Below, piece by piece: positions 26,101 to 36,720 of a DNA stretch of 45,248 nt. Position numbers and translations under genes: made by a program. Every line of letters starts with the position of its first letter. Position 1 is the stretch's first letter. The notes below the pieces were generated by a model. The model was not told where the DNA came from and made no database searches. It saw only the letters and a program-made list of their open reading frames with translations. Source of the DNA: a virus (lineage: Duplodnaviria; Heunggongvirae; Uroviricota; Caudoviricetes); the IMG/VR virus record IMGVR_UViG_2529293151_000014. One strand, given 5' to 3'.

Positions 26101-26839
26101 TGCCGGAGTTCATGAGTGGTATCGCTCTGAGCTTCTCAAACTGGTTAGGGAGATGGATAAGTCATACCGATACTGGCTTGAGGGCGCATACAAAAACAAC
26201 ATGGCGATGGATTCCAGTCCCGCGAATGAGTTAAAGCGCAGATTGTCCAGACTAGGCAAGCAGTGGGAGCATAAATTCAATGAACTGGCTAAGAAACTGG
26301 CTGATCGCTTTGTTGATAAGACACTGCGCAACACCGACGTTTCGTTACACTCAGCGTTAAAGGCTGGCGGATTTACCGTTAAGTTCACAATGAATGACGA
26401 GCTTAAGAACGTGATGCAGGCTGTCGTTAACGAGAACGTCAACCTGATTAAATCCATACCTGAACACTATCACACACAGGTTGAGACGATAGTCATGCAG
26501 TCTGTCAGCCGTGGTCGTGACCTTGGCTATCTCACTGATGAACTGGTTAAGCGATATGGCATTACACGCAGACGCGCTGAGACGATTGCACGCGATCAGA
26601 ACAACAAAGCTACAGCGGTAATTCAGTCTGAACGGCAGAAGAAGTTAGGAATCACCAAAGGAATCTGGCGTCACTCACACGCCGGGAAGCAGCCAAGGCC
26701 ATCCCATGTGAAAGCTGACGGTAAAGAGTTCGACCTCGATAAAGGGCTGTATCTCGATGGTGAATGGGTGCTGCCGGGAGAGGCTATCAACTGCCGTTGT
26801 ACGTGGTCTCCTGTTATCCCTGGGATAGATAGAAAATGA
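26021..26839 (+). CDS. Head morphogenesis protein (Mu F / SPP1 gp7 family)
   Basis: 272-aa ORF with C-terminal [15 protein letters not shown] motif, characteristic of the Phage_Mu_F family. The start overlaps the portal 3' end by about 80 nt; an internal start near 26156 is possible. Confidence 0.8.
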   Translation: MTKKSTKTSPSKKDSKTRKTLRPVRANAGVHEWYRSELLKLVREMDKSYRYWLEGAYKNNMAMDSSPANELKRRLSRLGKQWEHKFNELAKKLADRFVDKTLRNTDVSLHSALKAGGFTVKFTMNDELKNVMQAVVNENVNLIKSIPEHYHTQVETIVMQSVSRGRDLGYLTDELVKRYGITRRRAETIARDQNNKATAVIQSERQKKLGITKGIWRHSHAGKQPRPSHVKADGKEFDLDKGLYLDGEWVLPGEAINCRCTWSPVIPGIDRK

Positions 26840-26930
26840 TTGAGGTTTTATGGTCTCTGGGCTTAGTGTTGATTTTTGGTTGTTTAATGATTGCACTACT
26901 GAAAATAGCTATGCCCAAGAGGAAATAATG

Positions 26931-26953
26931 GCCGCTACTGCGGCTTTTTTATT
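26931..26953 (+). terminator. Rho-independent terminator-like hairpin
   Basis: GCCGC-TACT-GCGGC followed by TTTTTTATT. Confidence 0.5.
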
Positions 26954-26973
26954 GCCTGCCGAAAGGTAAAAGC

Positions 26974-28200
26974 ATGCCATTACGCAAAGTTAAAGGCGAC
27001 TGGCAATGGGGATATCACGGATTGGCATTCGACAAGGCAACGGTGCGCTCCTTTGATAAGGATGGGCGTTTGCATATCGAAGTGACGCCAATCAGTAAGG
27101 CTAACGTTTGCCCTTATTATGGACGTGAAATTCCTAATTACAGATCGCTAGGTTTACAGCCTGACAAAGTTTACTACCTGCTTCGCGACCCGAAAGAGTT
27201 AGCCAAAGCAGCATCTACATTCAACAACATCCCGCTCCTTAACGAACACATTCCGGTTACTGCTTCAGACCCTCATAAAATGGCTGTGGTTGGTTCTACT
27301 GGTACTGATGCTGAGTTTGACGGGACTTATCTCAAGAATTCTCTTGTTGTCTGGGACGCAGATTCTATCGCTGGAATCGAGACAGACGAGAGGAAAGAAC
27401 TTTCGTCGGCCTACAGATATGTAGCTGACATGACCCCCGGCGTGCATGAAGGACAGCCATACGATGGTGTAATGCGCGATATCGTCGGGAACCACGTTGC
27501 TCTCGTAACAGAGGGAAGAGCCGGATCCGACGTTGTTGTCGGGGATTCAATACCAACAGGAATGAAATCAATGTCAGAACTTACTAAAAAGTTGATGGCA
27601 GTTATCACGCCGATGCTGGCCAGTGATGAGAAGCCAGAAGAAGTGGAAAAGAAAGTGCAAAAGGTTGTTGAAGACGAAGCCACTCAGGCTGAGAGAGATA
27701 ATGAGTCAGAAGCAGAGCGTCTGAAACGTGAAGAGGATGAACTAAAAGAGCGTGAAGAACGTGAGCGAAAGGATCGCGATCGTGACCGCAAAGAAGCGGA
27801 AGACGAAGATGATGACGGCAAGGATAAAAAGACTGCCGAGGATGAAGACGATGATGAGAATAAAGCAGCTATGGATGCCGCATTGATTCGAAAAGCTGAA
27901 GAGAATGTGATGGTGCGTATCCGTCAAGCCAATGAGGCTCGAGAGTGTGTTCGTGCTTTGGTTGGTGATGTGAGTCTGGTCGCTATGGATTCCGCAGAGT
28001 CTATTTATCGCTTTGCTCTTGATTCAATCGGTGCAGAACATAAAGGCGTTCATCCTTCAGCACTTAAATCGATGGTTGAATTTGCTATCAGCCAGAAATC
28101 GGTAGTTCGCAAACCATCTCATGGTATGGGTATGGATGCTGCCGCAACCAATTCTTTCGCCAAGGCATTTCCTGGCGCAACTAAACTGAAACGGAGCTAA
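26974..28200 (+). CDS. Putative scaffolding protein (DUF2213-like N-terminus with highly charged coiled-coil region)
   Basis: 408-aa ORF with a very acidic/basic low-complexity region ([47 protein letters not shown]); lies between the head morphogenesis and capsid genes. Confidence 0.75.
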   Translation: MPLRKVKGDWQWGYHGLAFDKATVRSFDKDGRLHIEVTPISKANVCPYYGREIPNYRSLGLQPDKVYYLLRDPKELAKAASTFNNIPLLNEHIPVTASDPHKMAVVGSTGTDAEFDGTYLKNSLVVWDADSIAGIETDERKELSSAYRYVADMTPGVHEGQPYDGVMRDIVGNHVALVTEGRAGSDVVVGDSIPTGMKSMSELTKKLMAVITPMLASDEKPEEVEKKVQKVVEDEATQAERDNESEAERLKREEDELKEREERERKDRDRDRKEAEDEDDDGKDKKTAEDEDDDENKAAMDAALIRKAEENVMVRIRQANEARECVRALVGDVSLVAMDSAESIYRFALDSIGAEHKGVHPSALKSMVEFAISQKSVVRKPSHGMGMDAAATNSFAKAFPGATKLKRS

Positions 28201-28203
28201 GAA

Positions 28204-28683
28204 ATGAGTGGCTTTCAAAGTGTAATTAATCAGCAACAGGCACCGGGAGTTGAAGGAGATTTCGCTTCGGCTAACCCTAAAGCAAGTCTTCTTGCAGGTG
28301 AGGGCGCTCTTGTTGCCGGTGCAAATGGGGTTGTTGTGGGTCGCTTTGCATGGGTAAGCAATGGTGTTGTCAATAACACTGGAACCGGTGCTCCTGCCGG
28401 TTTCGTTCATCGGGAAGGGCAGGCGTCTGTCACCACATGGCTTGGTGAATCATCTATGACTATTCAGCCTGGAGTTCAGATGACATTGATGACTGCTGGT
28501 GACTACTGGGTGAAAACTGCCGGTGCGGCAACTGTAGGGCAGAAGATTTTCGCCAAACTGTCAGATGGAACCATTACCGCTGGCGATGCCGGGGCGTCAA
28601 TTTCGGATTACGTTGAAACAAAATTTGTTGTTGGCAGTGCTGGCGAGGCTGGCGAATTGATTCAGATGGGCACCTGGAGCTAA
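28204..28683 (+). CDS. Head-associated structural protein (possible decoration/cement protein)
   Basis: 159-aa Gly/Ala-rich ORF immediately upstream of the major capsid gene; function inferred from position only. Confidence 0.7.
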   Translation: MSGFQSVINQQQAPGVEGDFASANPKASLLAGEGALVAGANGVVVGRFAWVSNGVVNNTGTGAPAGFVHREGQASVTTWLGESSMTIQPGVQMTLMTAGDYWVKTAGAATVGQKIFAKLSDGTITAGDAGASISDYVETKFVVGSAGEAGELIQMGTWS

Positions 28684-28686
28684 TAC

Positions 28687-29727
28687 ATGAATAACGCAGA
28701 ATTTTTACAACATAAAGCTATGGCTGAGCGAGATTACGGTGTAATCCTTCCGGAAGCCAAAGCCTATCTGACGGATGCTGTTGCTAATAGCTATTCCTAT
28801 GCAATGGACTCTCAGCCTTCACTGGTAACAACCAGCAACTCTGGCATTCCATGGTACTTCACTAATTACGTTGACCCGGAACTGATTCGCATCCTTGTCA
28901 CTCCGATGAAAGCGGTGGAAATTCTGGGGGAAACGAAAAAGGGAGACTGGACCACCATGACCGCACAATTCCCGGTTGTGGAATCAACGGGTCAGGTTTC
29001 CAGTTATGGTGACTACAACAATAATGGGCAGGTAAATGCTAACGTCAACTGGGTTGCTCGTGAGTCCTATCTGTACCAGACCATTACTCAGTGGGGTGAG
29101 CTGGAACTTGACCGTTACGGTGAAGGACGCATTGCATGGGCTCAACAACTGAATACTGCTTCTGCGCTGACCCTTAATAAGTTTCAGAACAAGTCCTACT
29201 TCTTCGGCGTTGCTGGCCTGAAGAACTACGGCATTCTGAATGACCCTAACCTTCCGGCGTCAATCACCCCGGGTGCAACTGGTGCGAGTGGCGGAACCAC
29301 ATGGGCAACCAAAGACGGTCAGACGGTGTATGACGATATCCAGGCGCTTTACATGCAGTTAGTGAAGCAGACCAAGGGGTACGTTGAGCGGGACAGCAAG
29401 ATGACGCTGGCGATGTCTCCAGAGTCAGAAGCAAATCTGACCAAGACCAACATGTACAACGTCAACGTGTCTGATCAGCTGAAGAAAAACTTCCCGAACC
29501 TGCGTGTTGTCACTGCTGTTGAGTACAAAACCGAATCCGGCGAACTGGTTCAGTTGATTGCCGACGATCTTGATGGTCAGGACACCGGCTACTGCGCATT
29601 TACCGAAAAAATGCGTGCACATCCGGTTGTGGTTGATCTGTCCGCGTATAAACAAAAGAAAACAGGCGGCACCTGGGGCGCAATCATTCGCCAGCCGCTA
29701 GCATTTGCAAGCATGTTGGGGGTTTAA
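28687..29727 (+). CDS. Major capsid protein (putative)
   Basis: 346-aa ORF in the canonical position after scaffold/decoration genes; size and composition are consistent with a major capsid protein. Not confirmed by homology search. Confidence 0.75.
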   Translation: MNNAEFLQHKAMAERDYGVILPEAKAYLTDAVANSYSYAMDSQPSLVTTSNSGIPWYFTNYVDPELIRILVTPMKAVEILGETKKGDWTTMTAQFPVVESTGQVSSYGDYNNNGQVNANVNWVARESYLYQTITQWGELELDRYGEGRIAWAQQLNTASALTLNKFQNKSYFFGVAGLKNYGILNDPNLPASITPGATGASGGTTWATKDGQTVYDDIQALYMQLVKQTKGYVERDSKMTLAMSPESEANLTKTNMYNVNVSDQLKKNFPNLRVVTAVEYKTESGELVQLIADDLDGQDTGYCAFTEKMRAHPVVVDLSAYKQKKTGGTWGAIIRQPLAFASMLGV

Positions 29728-29730
29728 TTC

Positions 29731-30078
29731 ATGGCAGAAATGGTAAGCGTTGGCTGCAAATTGCCAAATGGCCTTCAGGTCACGCTGGATGGAAAAACGG
29801 TAATTCTTAACGGGGCGGCAACAACTGCCCTCCGTGGTCTTGATGGTGCAATTCCTGAGGGGGCTTTCGGAGTTACCATGGTCGAGAAAGACTTCATGGA
29901 TAAGTTCATCGAGACCTATAAGGATGCCGCGTATATTCAGAACAATGCAATCTTCATTCAGAAAGATATTCGCAGTCTGAATGCGCAGGGTAAAGATCTG
30001 AAAGAATCAAAAACTGGCCTCGAAGGTCTTGACCCGGAAAATCCGGCTCCGGGCGTAAAAAAGGCTGACGAAAAATAG
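29731..30078 (+). CDS. Hypothetical head/connector protein
   Basis: 115-aa ORF tightly packed in the structural operon. Confidence 0.7.
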   Translation: MAEMVSVGCKLPNGLQVTLDGKTVILNGAATTALRGLDGAIPEGAFGVTMVEKDFMDKFIETYKDAAYIQNNAIFIQKDIRSLNAQGKDLKESKTGLEGLDPENPAPGVKKADEK

Positions 30079-30090
30079 CGGGAGCAGCAA

Positions 30091-30522
30091 ATGGGCGTCG
30101 TAATATTTGACCCCTCCGCATTTAAGCTACGCTATCCTGAATTCTCATCTGTCGACGACGCACTTCTTCAGCAGTATTTCACGCAAGCAACCATTTATCT
30201 CGATAACACAGACTCAAGTCGTGTGTCGGATTTGGCTGTACGCTCAATGCTGCTGAATATGCTGGTTGCCCATATCGCCTGTTTGTATTCAGGAGCGAAT
30301 GGGCAGTCTCCATCCGGATTGGTTGGAAGAATCGACAGTGCTTCAGAGGGTTCGGTTAGCGTTCATGCCGATATGCCAGGGGGAACAGCAAATTCAGCAT
30401 GGTACATGCAAACAAAGTACGGGGCTGATTACTGGAATGCTACGGCGCCGTTTCGCACCTTCCAGTATATAAGCGGGCATTCTCCATCAAATTACCCGTA
30501 TGGGTATTACCGGAGGTACTGA
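30091..30522 (+). CDS. Putative head-tail joining protein
   Basis: 143-aa ORF in the structural operon; assignment by position. Confidence 0.7.
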   Translation: MGVVIFDPSAFKLRYPEFSSVDDALLQQYFTQATIYLDNTDSSRVSDLAVRSMLLNMLVAHIACLYSGANGQSPSGLVGRIDSASEGSVSVHADMPGGTANSAWYMQTKYGADYWNATAPFRTFQYISGHSPSNYPYGYYRRY

Positions 30523-31088
30523 TGGATAAGGTGATGGAGTTCCTTGATTCAGTTGGTAGTGAGTTGTCCTCAAAGCAATTGAAGGTCGGGTTTCTTGAAG
30601 ATGCCACCTATCCGGATGGTACTTCTATGCCAATGGTTGCAGCATCTAACGAATTTGGTAACCCGGCAAGTGGAAGTCCGCCAAGGCCATTCTTCAGGAA
30701 TGCTATAGCTTCTAAATCTGAAGAGTGGTCAGAAAAGGTCGAAAAGCTCATGAAATCGCATGACGGAGATACGGATACTGTTCTGAATCTTATCGGCGAG
30801 ATCATAAAAGCAGACATTCAGGAATCCATTCGAACTATTCAAGAGCCGCCATTAAGCCCGGTAACAGTACTTCTAAGAAGTCGATTCCCTAATAACAGGG
30901 CGGAAATGACTAAGTGGGATGTAGTGAAGGCCAGAGAAGATGTTTTTGGTGGTCCGGGCTATTTCGGTCCGGTGAAAAAGGTTGATGTTGATATGAGCAA
31001 CAACAAGCCTCTCATATGGACCGGGGACATGTTAAGGGCTGTTGATTATGAGGTAGGTGAAATTGAATCTTCGACAGATAGCCAATAA
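30522..31088 (+). CDS. Hypothetical structural protein
   Basis: 188-aa ORF; ATG overlaps the upstream stop (TGATGG). Confidence 0.75.
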   Translation: MDKVMEFLDSVGSELSSKQLKVGFLEDATYPDGTSMPMVAASNEFGNPASGSPPRPFFRNAIASKSEEWSEKVEKLMKSHDGDTDTVLNLIGEIIKADIQESIRTIQEPPLSPVTVLLRSRFPNNRAEMTKWDVVKAREDVFGGPGYFGPVKKVDVDMSNNKPLIWTGDMLRAVDYEVGEIESSTDSQ

Positions 31089-31434
31089 TGCGATCACAAG
31101 CATTAACCCCAACATCCCGGCAATCCTGAAAAAGTATGCAGGTGAAACTATCGGCCCCGGTCGCAAGCCGATTCCGTCTTATCTCCCTGACCAGAACGTT
31201 ACCATTCAACTACAGCCAATCAGTCGCGGCGACATGCAACACGTCGATGGATTGAATATTCAGGGGCTGGCAAAAGTGATTTACGTCAATGGTAATTACT
31301 TCAGTGTGCAGCGAGAACTGGAGCAGGGCGGAGATATCTTCGTGATTAACGGGGAGCAATGGCTTGTTGTTGAGCCAATAGAATTGTGGCCTGACTGGTG
31401 CCGGCTGATTGCTGTATTGCAGGTAAGCCCATGA
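31057..31434 (+). CDS. Hypothetical structural protein
   Basis: 125-aa ORF with a GTG start overlapping the upstream gene by about 30 nt; start uncertain. Confidence 0.6.
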   Translation: MKLNLRQIANNAITSINPNIPAILKKYAGETIGPGRKPIPSYLPDQNVTIQLQPISRGDMQHVDGLNIQGLAKVIYVNGNYFSVQRELEQGGDIFVINGEQWLVVEPIELWPDWCRLIAVLQVSP

Positions 31435-31946
31435 ATGATTTCACTGTCGATAATATTATCGATGTACTTGCTGGCTACATAGAACCTATCGCTGGTAAAT
31501 GCCTGCAGGCTCAGGCTAACCGTGTACCAATGCCCAAAGATCAGTTCTGTATCCTGACCCCTTTGCGATTCACCAGACTATCCACTACGAGAGAGCTTAA
31601 ACAAGATACCGGCTCTCCGGACACAAGCACCATGGGATATACGGAAGTTCGCCAGGCTGATATTCAGGTAGATATCTATGGTCAGGGGGCAGGGGATAGA
31701 GCTATTGCACTGGAAACAACATTCACCAGTGGATATGGCTACGACATCATCAAGGCTATTGATGCACGGCTTGCGCCGCTTTACTCATCTCCTGCCATTC
31801 AGGCGCCGATGATCAACGCCGAGAGTCAGTGGCAGGAGCGTTACACGTTAACTCTTTCCCTGCAAGCACACATCACCGTGTCGTTCCAGCAGGACTATTT
31901 CGACAAAGCAGAAATTTCAACTGAACAGGTGGATAACCGCCCATGA
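31431..31946 (+). CDS. Hypothetical structural protein
   Basis: ATG at 31431 overlaps the upstream stop (ATGA); product MNDFTVDNIIDVLAGYIEPIAGK... The track's longer version begins at GTG 31398. Confidence 0.7.
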   Translation: MNDFTVDNIIDVLAGYIEPIAGKCLQAQANRVPMPKDQFCILTPLRFTRLSTTRELKQDTGSPDTSTMGYTEVRQADIQVDIYGQGAGDRAIALETTFTSGYGYDIIKAIDARLAPLYSSPAIQAPMINAESQWQERYTLTLSLQAHITVSFQQDYFDKAEISTEQVDNRP

Positions 31947-33433
31947 GCACAATACCTTTATCTGTAGATTTTAATATCACGCCCAATGTCGTTACGCCTG
32001 CCGGTTCTGCGGTTGATGCTAACGGCCTGATGTTGACCGATAACGAGCTTATCCCGGTTGGCGCGGTACAATCTTATTACTCCTCATCTGATGTATCAGC
32101 TTTAATGGGGAGTGAATCGAAAGAATTCCTCGCCGCACAACAGTATTTTAACGGATACGAAAACTCATCCGTTATTCCTGGTGAACTGCTGATGTATCGT
32201 ATTGTTACTTCACCAGTGGCTGGGTATCTTCTGTCCGGCAACCTGAAAGGTGTTACCCTGGCAACACTGAAAGCGATTCCAGCAGGAACAATCACCCTTT
32301 CCATTGACGGTGAGTCGACTACCAGCACATCAATTGATTTGTCCACAGCCACAAGTTTTAGTGACATTGCGTCCAAGTTGCAGGTTGGAATTGGTGCAAG
32401 CAAGGTGGTGGTTGAATGGTTGCCAATTGCTAACCGATTCATCATTCGCTCTGCCACTACTGGCGCAGAGAGTGAAGTGTCTTATGCCTCTGCTGGCGCT
32501 CTGGCTATCGGGTTGTTACTGACGCAGGATTCCGCAGCGATTGTATCACCGGGTTCTGATGCGGTAACTCTGACAGACACGATGAACAACATCATCAACG
32601 TCAACCAGAACTGGATCCTGTTTAACTCGCTGGTCGAACTGACCGATGACCAGAAAACAGAATTGTGCGCATGGGCAAGCAGCAGTAAAAACCGATTTGG
32701 ATATGTTGTTCACGACACCACTTCAGCAGGAACGGTAGCCAATAATGCCAATTGCTTTGTGCAGAAAGTGGTTGTGGCAAATGGCTACGAGAACATTTTT
32801 CCGGTGTACGGAACATACCTGTATGGCGTTACAGCACTGGCATATGCTGCATCCGTGGATTTTGCACGCACCAATGGGCGTATCTCGTTCAAGTTCCGTG
32901 GATTTTCAGGGTTAGCACCCAACGTAAGCGATCTGGCGACCGCTCAGGCACTGAAGTCAAATGGTTACAACTTCTACGGCTCATACAGCCTGAACAAAAC
33001 AATGGCGCAGTACGCATCTGATGGTGCCATTACTGGCAAGTTTGTATGGCTGGACAGTTTTATTAATCAGGTATGGATTAATGCCAATCTGGTTAGTGCT
33101 TTTGCCAACCTGTTCACCAATAATCAGTCTTACCCGCTCAATGAGACAGGATACGGCGCAGTGTCTGCCGCTGTTATTGATGTTGCTGAACAGGCTCTCA
33201 ATTTCGGGGCTATTCAGCGTGGCGTGAAACTTGATAATGCGCAAACCAGAATTGTGAATAACACAGTTGGAAAAGATATCTCATCGACGCTGTATTCACA
33301 GGGCTGGTTCCTGTACATCCCGACACAGTCAGGCTCTGCACGCATTGAGCGCGACCTGAAAGGTGTCATTTTTTATTATGTCGATGGGCAACTTATTCAG
33401 TCCATCACAATGTCCTCAACCGCGATTTTATAA
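31943..33433 (+). CDS. Tail sheath protein (putative; contractile tail)
   Basis: 496-aa ORF immediately upstream of a tube-sized gene, chaperone pair and tape measure. Size and position are typical of a sheath; not confirmed by search. Confidence 0.8.
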   Translation: MSTIPLSVDFNITPNVVTPAGSAVDANGLMLTDNELIPVGAVQSYYSSSDVSALMGSESKEFLAAQQYFNGYENSSVIPGELLMYRIVTSPVAGYLLSGNLKGVTLATLKAIPAGTITLSIDGESTTSTSIDLSTATSFSDIASKLQVGIGASKVVVEWLPIANRFIIRSATTGAESEVSYASAGALAIGLLLTQDSAAIVSPGSDAVTLTDTMNNIINVNQNWILFNSLVELTDDQKTELCAWASSSKNRFGYVVHDTTSAGTVANNANCFVQKVVVANGYENIFPVYGTYLYGVTALAYAASVDFARTNGRISFKFRGFSGLAPNVSDLATAQALKSNGYNFYGSYSLNKTMAQYASDGAITGKFVWLDSFINQVWINANLVSAFANLFTNNQSYPLNETGYGAVSAAVIDVAEQALNFGAIQRGVKLDNAQTRIVNNTVGKDISSTLYSQGWFLYIPTQSGSARIERDLKGVIFYYVDGQLIQSITMSSTAIL

Positions 33434-33444
33434 GGGAATAAATC

Positions 33445-33879
33445 ATGCCTATCGATATTACCTCGGCAAACAGTAAGCTGCGAATCGTCGTGCCCGCTTA
33501 CTACCCTGGCGGTTTTGATGTTGACGACTACGCAGCTGATAACATGTTTGAAACTGGTGCGTTACAGAACAAAGAAGACATGATGTCAGCGGACGGTAAA
33601 TACCATGCTGGTTTTATCTTTAACCCGACAGAGTTCACCATCAACCTGATGCCCACATCCAATGCTGGCTCGCTGATTGATGACTGGTATGCAGCGGAGA
33701 GAACCGCAATTTCAGCGTTTCAGTGTAATGCGGTGCTTACAGTTCCGGCTCTCGGCGCGAAGTGGAATTTTGTGAACGGGGTTCTTTATACATGGACTCC
33801 AACTCCTCCGGGTCGGCGCGTACTGCAACCACGCCCGGCAGTATTTCACTTTGAGTCTGTAACACGGAGCACTATCTGA
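33445..33879 (+). CDS. Tail tube protein (putative)
   Basis: 144-aa ORF directly after the sheath gene. Confidence 0.75.
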   Translation: MPIDITSANSKLRIVVPAYYPGGFDVDDYAADNMFETGALQNKEDMMSADGKYHAGFIFNPTEFTINLMPTSNAGSLIDDWYAAERTAISAFQCNAVLTVPALGAKWNFVNGVLYTWTPTPPGRRVLQPRPAVFHFESVTRSTI

Positions 33880-34286
33880 TGGCACGTAAAGAAATCCCCT
33901 TTATCGTGGAAGATGATAATCGCTACAATGGGAAAGAGTTCATTATCACAGAGATGTCGGCATGGGATGCCGACGAACTGGCACAGGATTTATTCCGCTC
34001 CATGGGGGAATCGGGATTCTCTGGTATTCCTGCTGATGTGATTGCCATGGGGTGCGCTGGCCTTGCCACCCTTGGTCTGAATGTTATTTCTGCTGCATCG
34101 CCGGAAGTCGCCAGAAAACTTCGTGATCGCCTGATGTCAACTGTGCAAATTGTGATTACACACGAAGGCAGCAGACAGGTGAGAACCGTGAAGCCTGTCG
34201 ACTTTGAAGAGGTATCAACCATTCGTCAGGTAATGGATAAGGTATTTAAAGTCAATTTTGATTTTTTAACGATCGCCGGAGAGTGA
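33879..34286 (+). CDS. Tail assembly chaperone (G-like)
   Basis: 135-aa ORF between tube and tape measure; its 3' end contains the slippery heptamer T_TTT_TTA. Confidence 0.75.
   Translation: MARKEIPFIVEDDNRYNGKEFIITEMSAWDADELAQDLFRSMGESGFSGIPADVIAMGCAGLATLGLNVISAASPEVARKLRDRLMSTVQIVITHEGSRQVRTVKPVDFEEVSTIRQVMDKVFKVNFDFLTIAGE
34262..34268 (+). promoter_or_regulatory. Putative -1 programmed ribosomal frameshift site (slippery heptamer T TTT TTA)
   Basis: In the zero frame of the 33879..34286 ORF the codons are gaT TTT TTA. A -1 slip here enters the frame of the 34283..34501 ORF, which is open from 34268. Confidence 0.55.
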
Positions 34287-34501
34287 AGTACCCGTTCATG
34301 GAGGAGGAGACTCTTCCGGCAAAACTCGTTAGCCCCGTAAACGTCACACCATCAATGAACGCCATTATCTGTTCAGGAAAAGCCACTTATACCGATTTGC
34401 AGGAACGGTTATCTGTTCGTGATATGTATAACCTTCTGGAAATTATCTCGGTGGAATCATTTAACAAGCGGGTCTGGAATAAACATCAGGAGCAGCGATG
34501 A
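34283..34501 (+). CDS. Tail assembly chaperone frameshift extension (GT-like -1 frame ORF)
   Basis: 72-aa ORF in the -1 frame relative to the upstream chaperone, with no good SD of its own (GTG start); ends 4 nt inside the tape-measure start. Probably expressed as a fusion. Confidence 0.6.
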   Translation: MKYPFMEEETLPAKLVSPVNVTPSMNAIICSGKATYTDLQERLSVRDMYNLLEIISVESFNKRVWNKHQEQR

Positions 34502-36312
34502 TTATCAATGAGTTGGCCTACAAGGTCACAATTAAGGCCGATGAATTCCTGAATGGAAAACGGAAAGTAAAAGATGAAGTTAGTAAATTAAACAAAGATC
34601 TTTCCAGGGCTGAGAAGGAAAGGCTAAAGGAACTTGAAAAACAGCGGCAGGAAACGGAGAGGTTCGGTAAAACCGCTGTTTCAGCTTTCCGCAACGTGAC
34701 AACAGCAGCCGCTGGATTTTTGGGAATTGGCGCCGGGTTGTATGGAATTAAGCAACTTTTTACATCTACTGCCAACGAAATTGTGAGGGCCAGCCAACAG
34801 GCCAAGTTTTTCGACTCTGATGTTAATAAGATGTTTGGTGTTCAGCGGGGATTTCGCCAGGCTGGTCTTAACGGTGACTCGTTCATTTCATCTTCTGGGA
34901 ATGCCAGAATGGCTTTGGCAAATATTGCCGATCCGACTGTTATGGGAGGGCTTACTGGCGCTGCCCAAAATTTGCTGATTCTTGGAGCTCGTACCGGATT
35001 AGATATCAATAAGCTCGGCGACCCAAACAAGGCTCTTGCTGAGTTTTCTCGCTATGGCAAGACTCATTCTCAAGAAAACCTGATGCAGGTGATGGCTGCC
35101 GCAGGGTTCGATCCGACAGATGCCGCTAAAATAAAATCAGGGGAACTTAAGCAGCTTGTCGATTCAGAAACAAAGAAATCCCGTATTACAGCACAGCAGG
35201 TAAAAGAGCAGGAGAAGGTTGCTGCCACTCTTGGGCAACTTGATTCAGAGTTTTCCCGATTAAAGCAAAATTTAGCCATGGCATTCGCTCCAGACGTTAT
35301 TGACGGGATGAAGGCTTTTGGTTCCTGGATTGAGAAACATCATGGCGACATCATTGGCTTTTTCAATGACGCCGGGAATATGACTAAGCAATTCACAAAG
35401 GCAGTTGGTGGTGCGGAAGAGGCTCTGAAGCTATTGGCAGCAGCATATGTAGGAAGCAAACTTACAGGCGGCGCCCTTCCTCCATGGTTAGCAGGGTTAA
35501 TAGCATATGGTTTGTATCTCTACAATGACAGGGAAAACATTGAGGGTGCTGCTAAAGGATCGTTTGATTACTCTAAGCGTGAACTTGGAGATACCATGCG
35601 CAGCATGGGGTTTGATACCGATTTTGGGCGTAGAGGCGATGAGATTTATGGCAATAACATTCAGCCAGATATCCCTCTCCCTGACGGAGTAAAGCCAGTA
35701 AGCATGGATTCTCTCCTTGATGCCATTCGTGAGGTGGAATCGAGCGGTGGCAAAAAACTTTATAGCCCGAAAGGTGCTGTTGGTCCGTATCAGTTCATGA
35801 AGGATACTGCCATAGCGTACGGGTTAAAGGTCGGGGATGGGATTGATGAGCGTCTTGATGAAGTGAAATCTCGCGCTGCTGCTGAAAGGTTCATGAGGGA
35901 TTTGCTAAAGCACTATAAAGGCAATGTTAACCATGCGCTGATGGCTTACAACTGGGGGATGGGCAATGTAGACAAAAAGTTAAAATACATATCCAGTACC
36001 GGGTTTGATTCACCATCATCCAAATACTGGAACACCCTGCCGAAAGAAACGCGAGAATATGTACCAAAGATTCGCGCCGCTCTTAATGCAAAAGAAAACG
36101 AGACGCTGGCTTACTATCAGCAGCAGCAACGCATCGCCTCAACACCAAACCAGACAACATCAAAAATTGACAACAGCCGTAGCAGCAGTACAACTATTGG
36201 CACGGTAGTTGTTAACAGTAACCCGACAACAGTTGATGCTCTTACCAGAAGCGTCAATCAGCAAGTTAGCCGGGCGTCAACAAACGCGGCATTTTCCAGT
36301 GCAATGCCTTAG
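34498..36312 (+). CDS. Tail tape measure protein with C-terminal lytic transglycosylase (SLT) domain
   Basis: 604-aa ORF. N-terminal coiled-coil and Gly/Ala-rich hydrophobic segments typical of tape measure proteins; C-terminal segment AIREVESSGGKKLYSPKGAVGPYQFMKDTAIAYGL...ALMAYNWGMGNV resembles the SLT catalytic domain. Confidence 0.85.
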   Translation: MIINELAYKVTIKADEFLNGKRKVKDEVSKLNKDLSRAEKERLKELEKQRQETERFGKTAVSAFRNVTTAAAGFLGIGAGLYGIKQLFTSTANEIVRASQQAKFFDSDVNKMFGVQRGFRQAGLNGDSFISSSGNARMALANIADPTVMGGLTGAAQNLLILGARTGLDINKLGDPNKALAEFSRYGKTHSQENLMQVMAAAGFDPTDAAKIKSGELKQLVDSETKKSRITAQQVKEQEKVAATLGQLDSEFSRLKQNLAMAFAPDVIDGMKAFGSWIEKHHGDIIGFFNDAGNMTKQFTKAVGGAEEALKLLAAAYVGSKLTGGALPPWLAGLIAYGLYLYNDRENIEGAAKGSFDYSKRELGDTMRSMGFDTDFGRRGDEIYGNNIQPDIPLPDGVKPVSMDSLLDAIREVESSGGKKLYSPKGAVGPYQFMKDTAIAYGLKVGDGIDERLDEVKSRAAAERFMRDLLKHYKGNVNHALMAYNWGMGNVDKKLKYISSTGFDSPSSKYWNTLPKETREYVPKIRAALNAKENETLAYYQQQQRIASTPNQTTSKIDNSRSSSTTIGTVVVNSNPTTVDALTRSVNQQVSRASTNAAFSSAMP

Positions 36313-36361
36313 TCACCTGCAACGTTTTCTCTGTTTGTGCCTGTTGACTGAAGTCGGACGG

Positions 36362-36397
36362 TAAAAATGAAAACCCACCGTCAGGTGGGTTTTTTGT
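36362..36397. terminator. Bidirectional rho-independent terminator between the tape measure and mnt-like genes
   Basis: Hairpin AACCCACC-GTCAG-GTGGGTT flanked by an A-run on the 5' side and TTTTTTGTTT on the 3' side; the mnt-like stop codon lies in the loop. Confidence 0.6.
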
Positions 36398-36701
36398 TTA
36401 GCAGTTCTCTCAACTTTTCGTTCTGCTCTCTGAACTTTTCCTGTATTTCTTTTTGCATGGCGATAACCTGGGCTTGAAGTTGAACTAGCGCATCAACATT
36501 TAGCGGAACCGAGACGCTGTTGATTTTATCTGCTATTTCCCCAAGAGTATTTTCTGCATTCAAGGCATCTTCCAGTATCTGCACAATCTCTGAGTTCATT
36601 GATCTGCCGTTTCGTTTGGCTCGTTCAGCTATAGCATCTCGCATCCCGTCAGGGAAACGCACAACAAACTTTTCGTAATCTTTAACCTGCTTTTCAGCCA
36701 T
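36381..36701 (-). CDS. mnt: Mnt/Arc-family ribbon-helix-helix repressor
   Basis: 106-aa ORF MAEKQVKDYEKFVVRFPDGMRDAIAERAKRNGRSMNSEIVQILEDAL...; the N-terminal RHH motif (F-V-V-R-F-P plus NGRSMNSE) matches P22 Mnt/Arc. Divergent from the arc-ant pair. Confidence 0.8.
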   Translation of the reverse strand: MAEKQVKDYEKFVVRFPDGMRDAIAERAKRNGRSMNSEIVQILEDALNAENTLGEIADKINSVSVPLNVDALVQLQAQVIAMQKEIQEKFREQNEKLRELLNKKPT

Positions 36702-36720
36702 AACATCACCTCAAAAAAAA

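Noticed and set aside
26851..26970. Small ORF (39 aa) between the head morphogenesis and scaffold genes.
   Set aside because: It runs through the terminator-like hairpin at 26931-26953 and has a weak translation signal, so it is likely non-coding.
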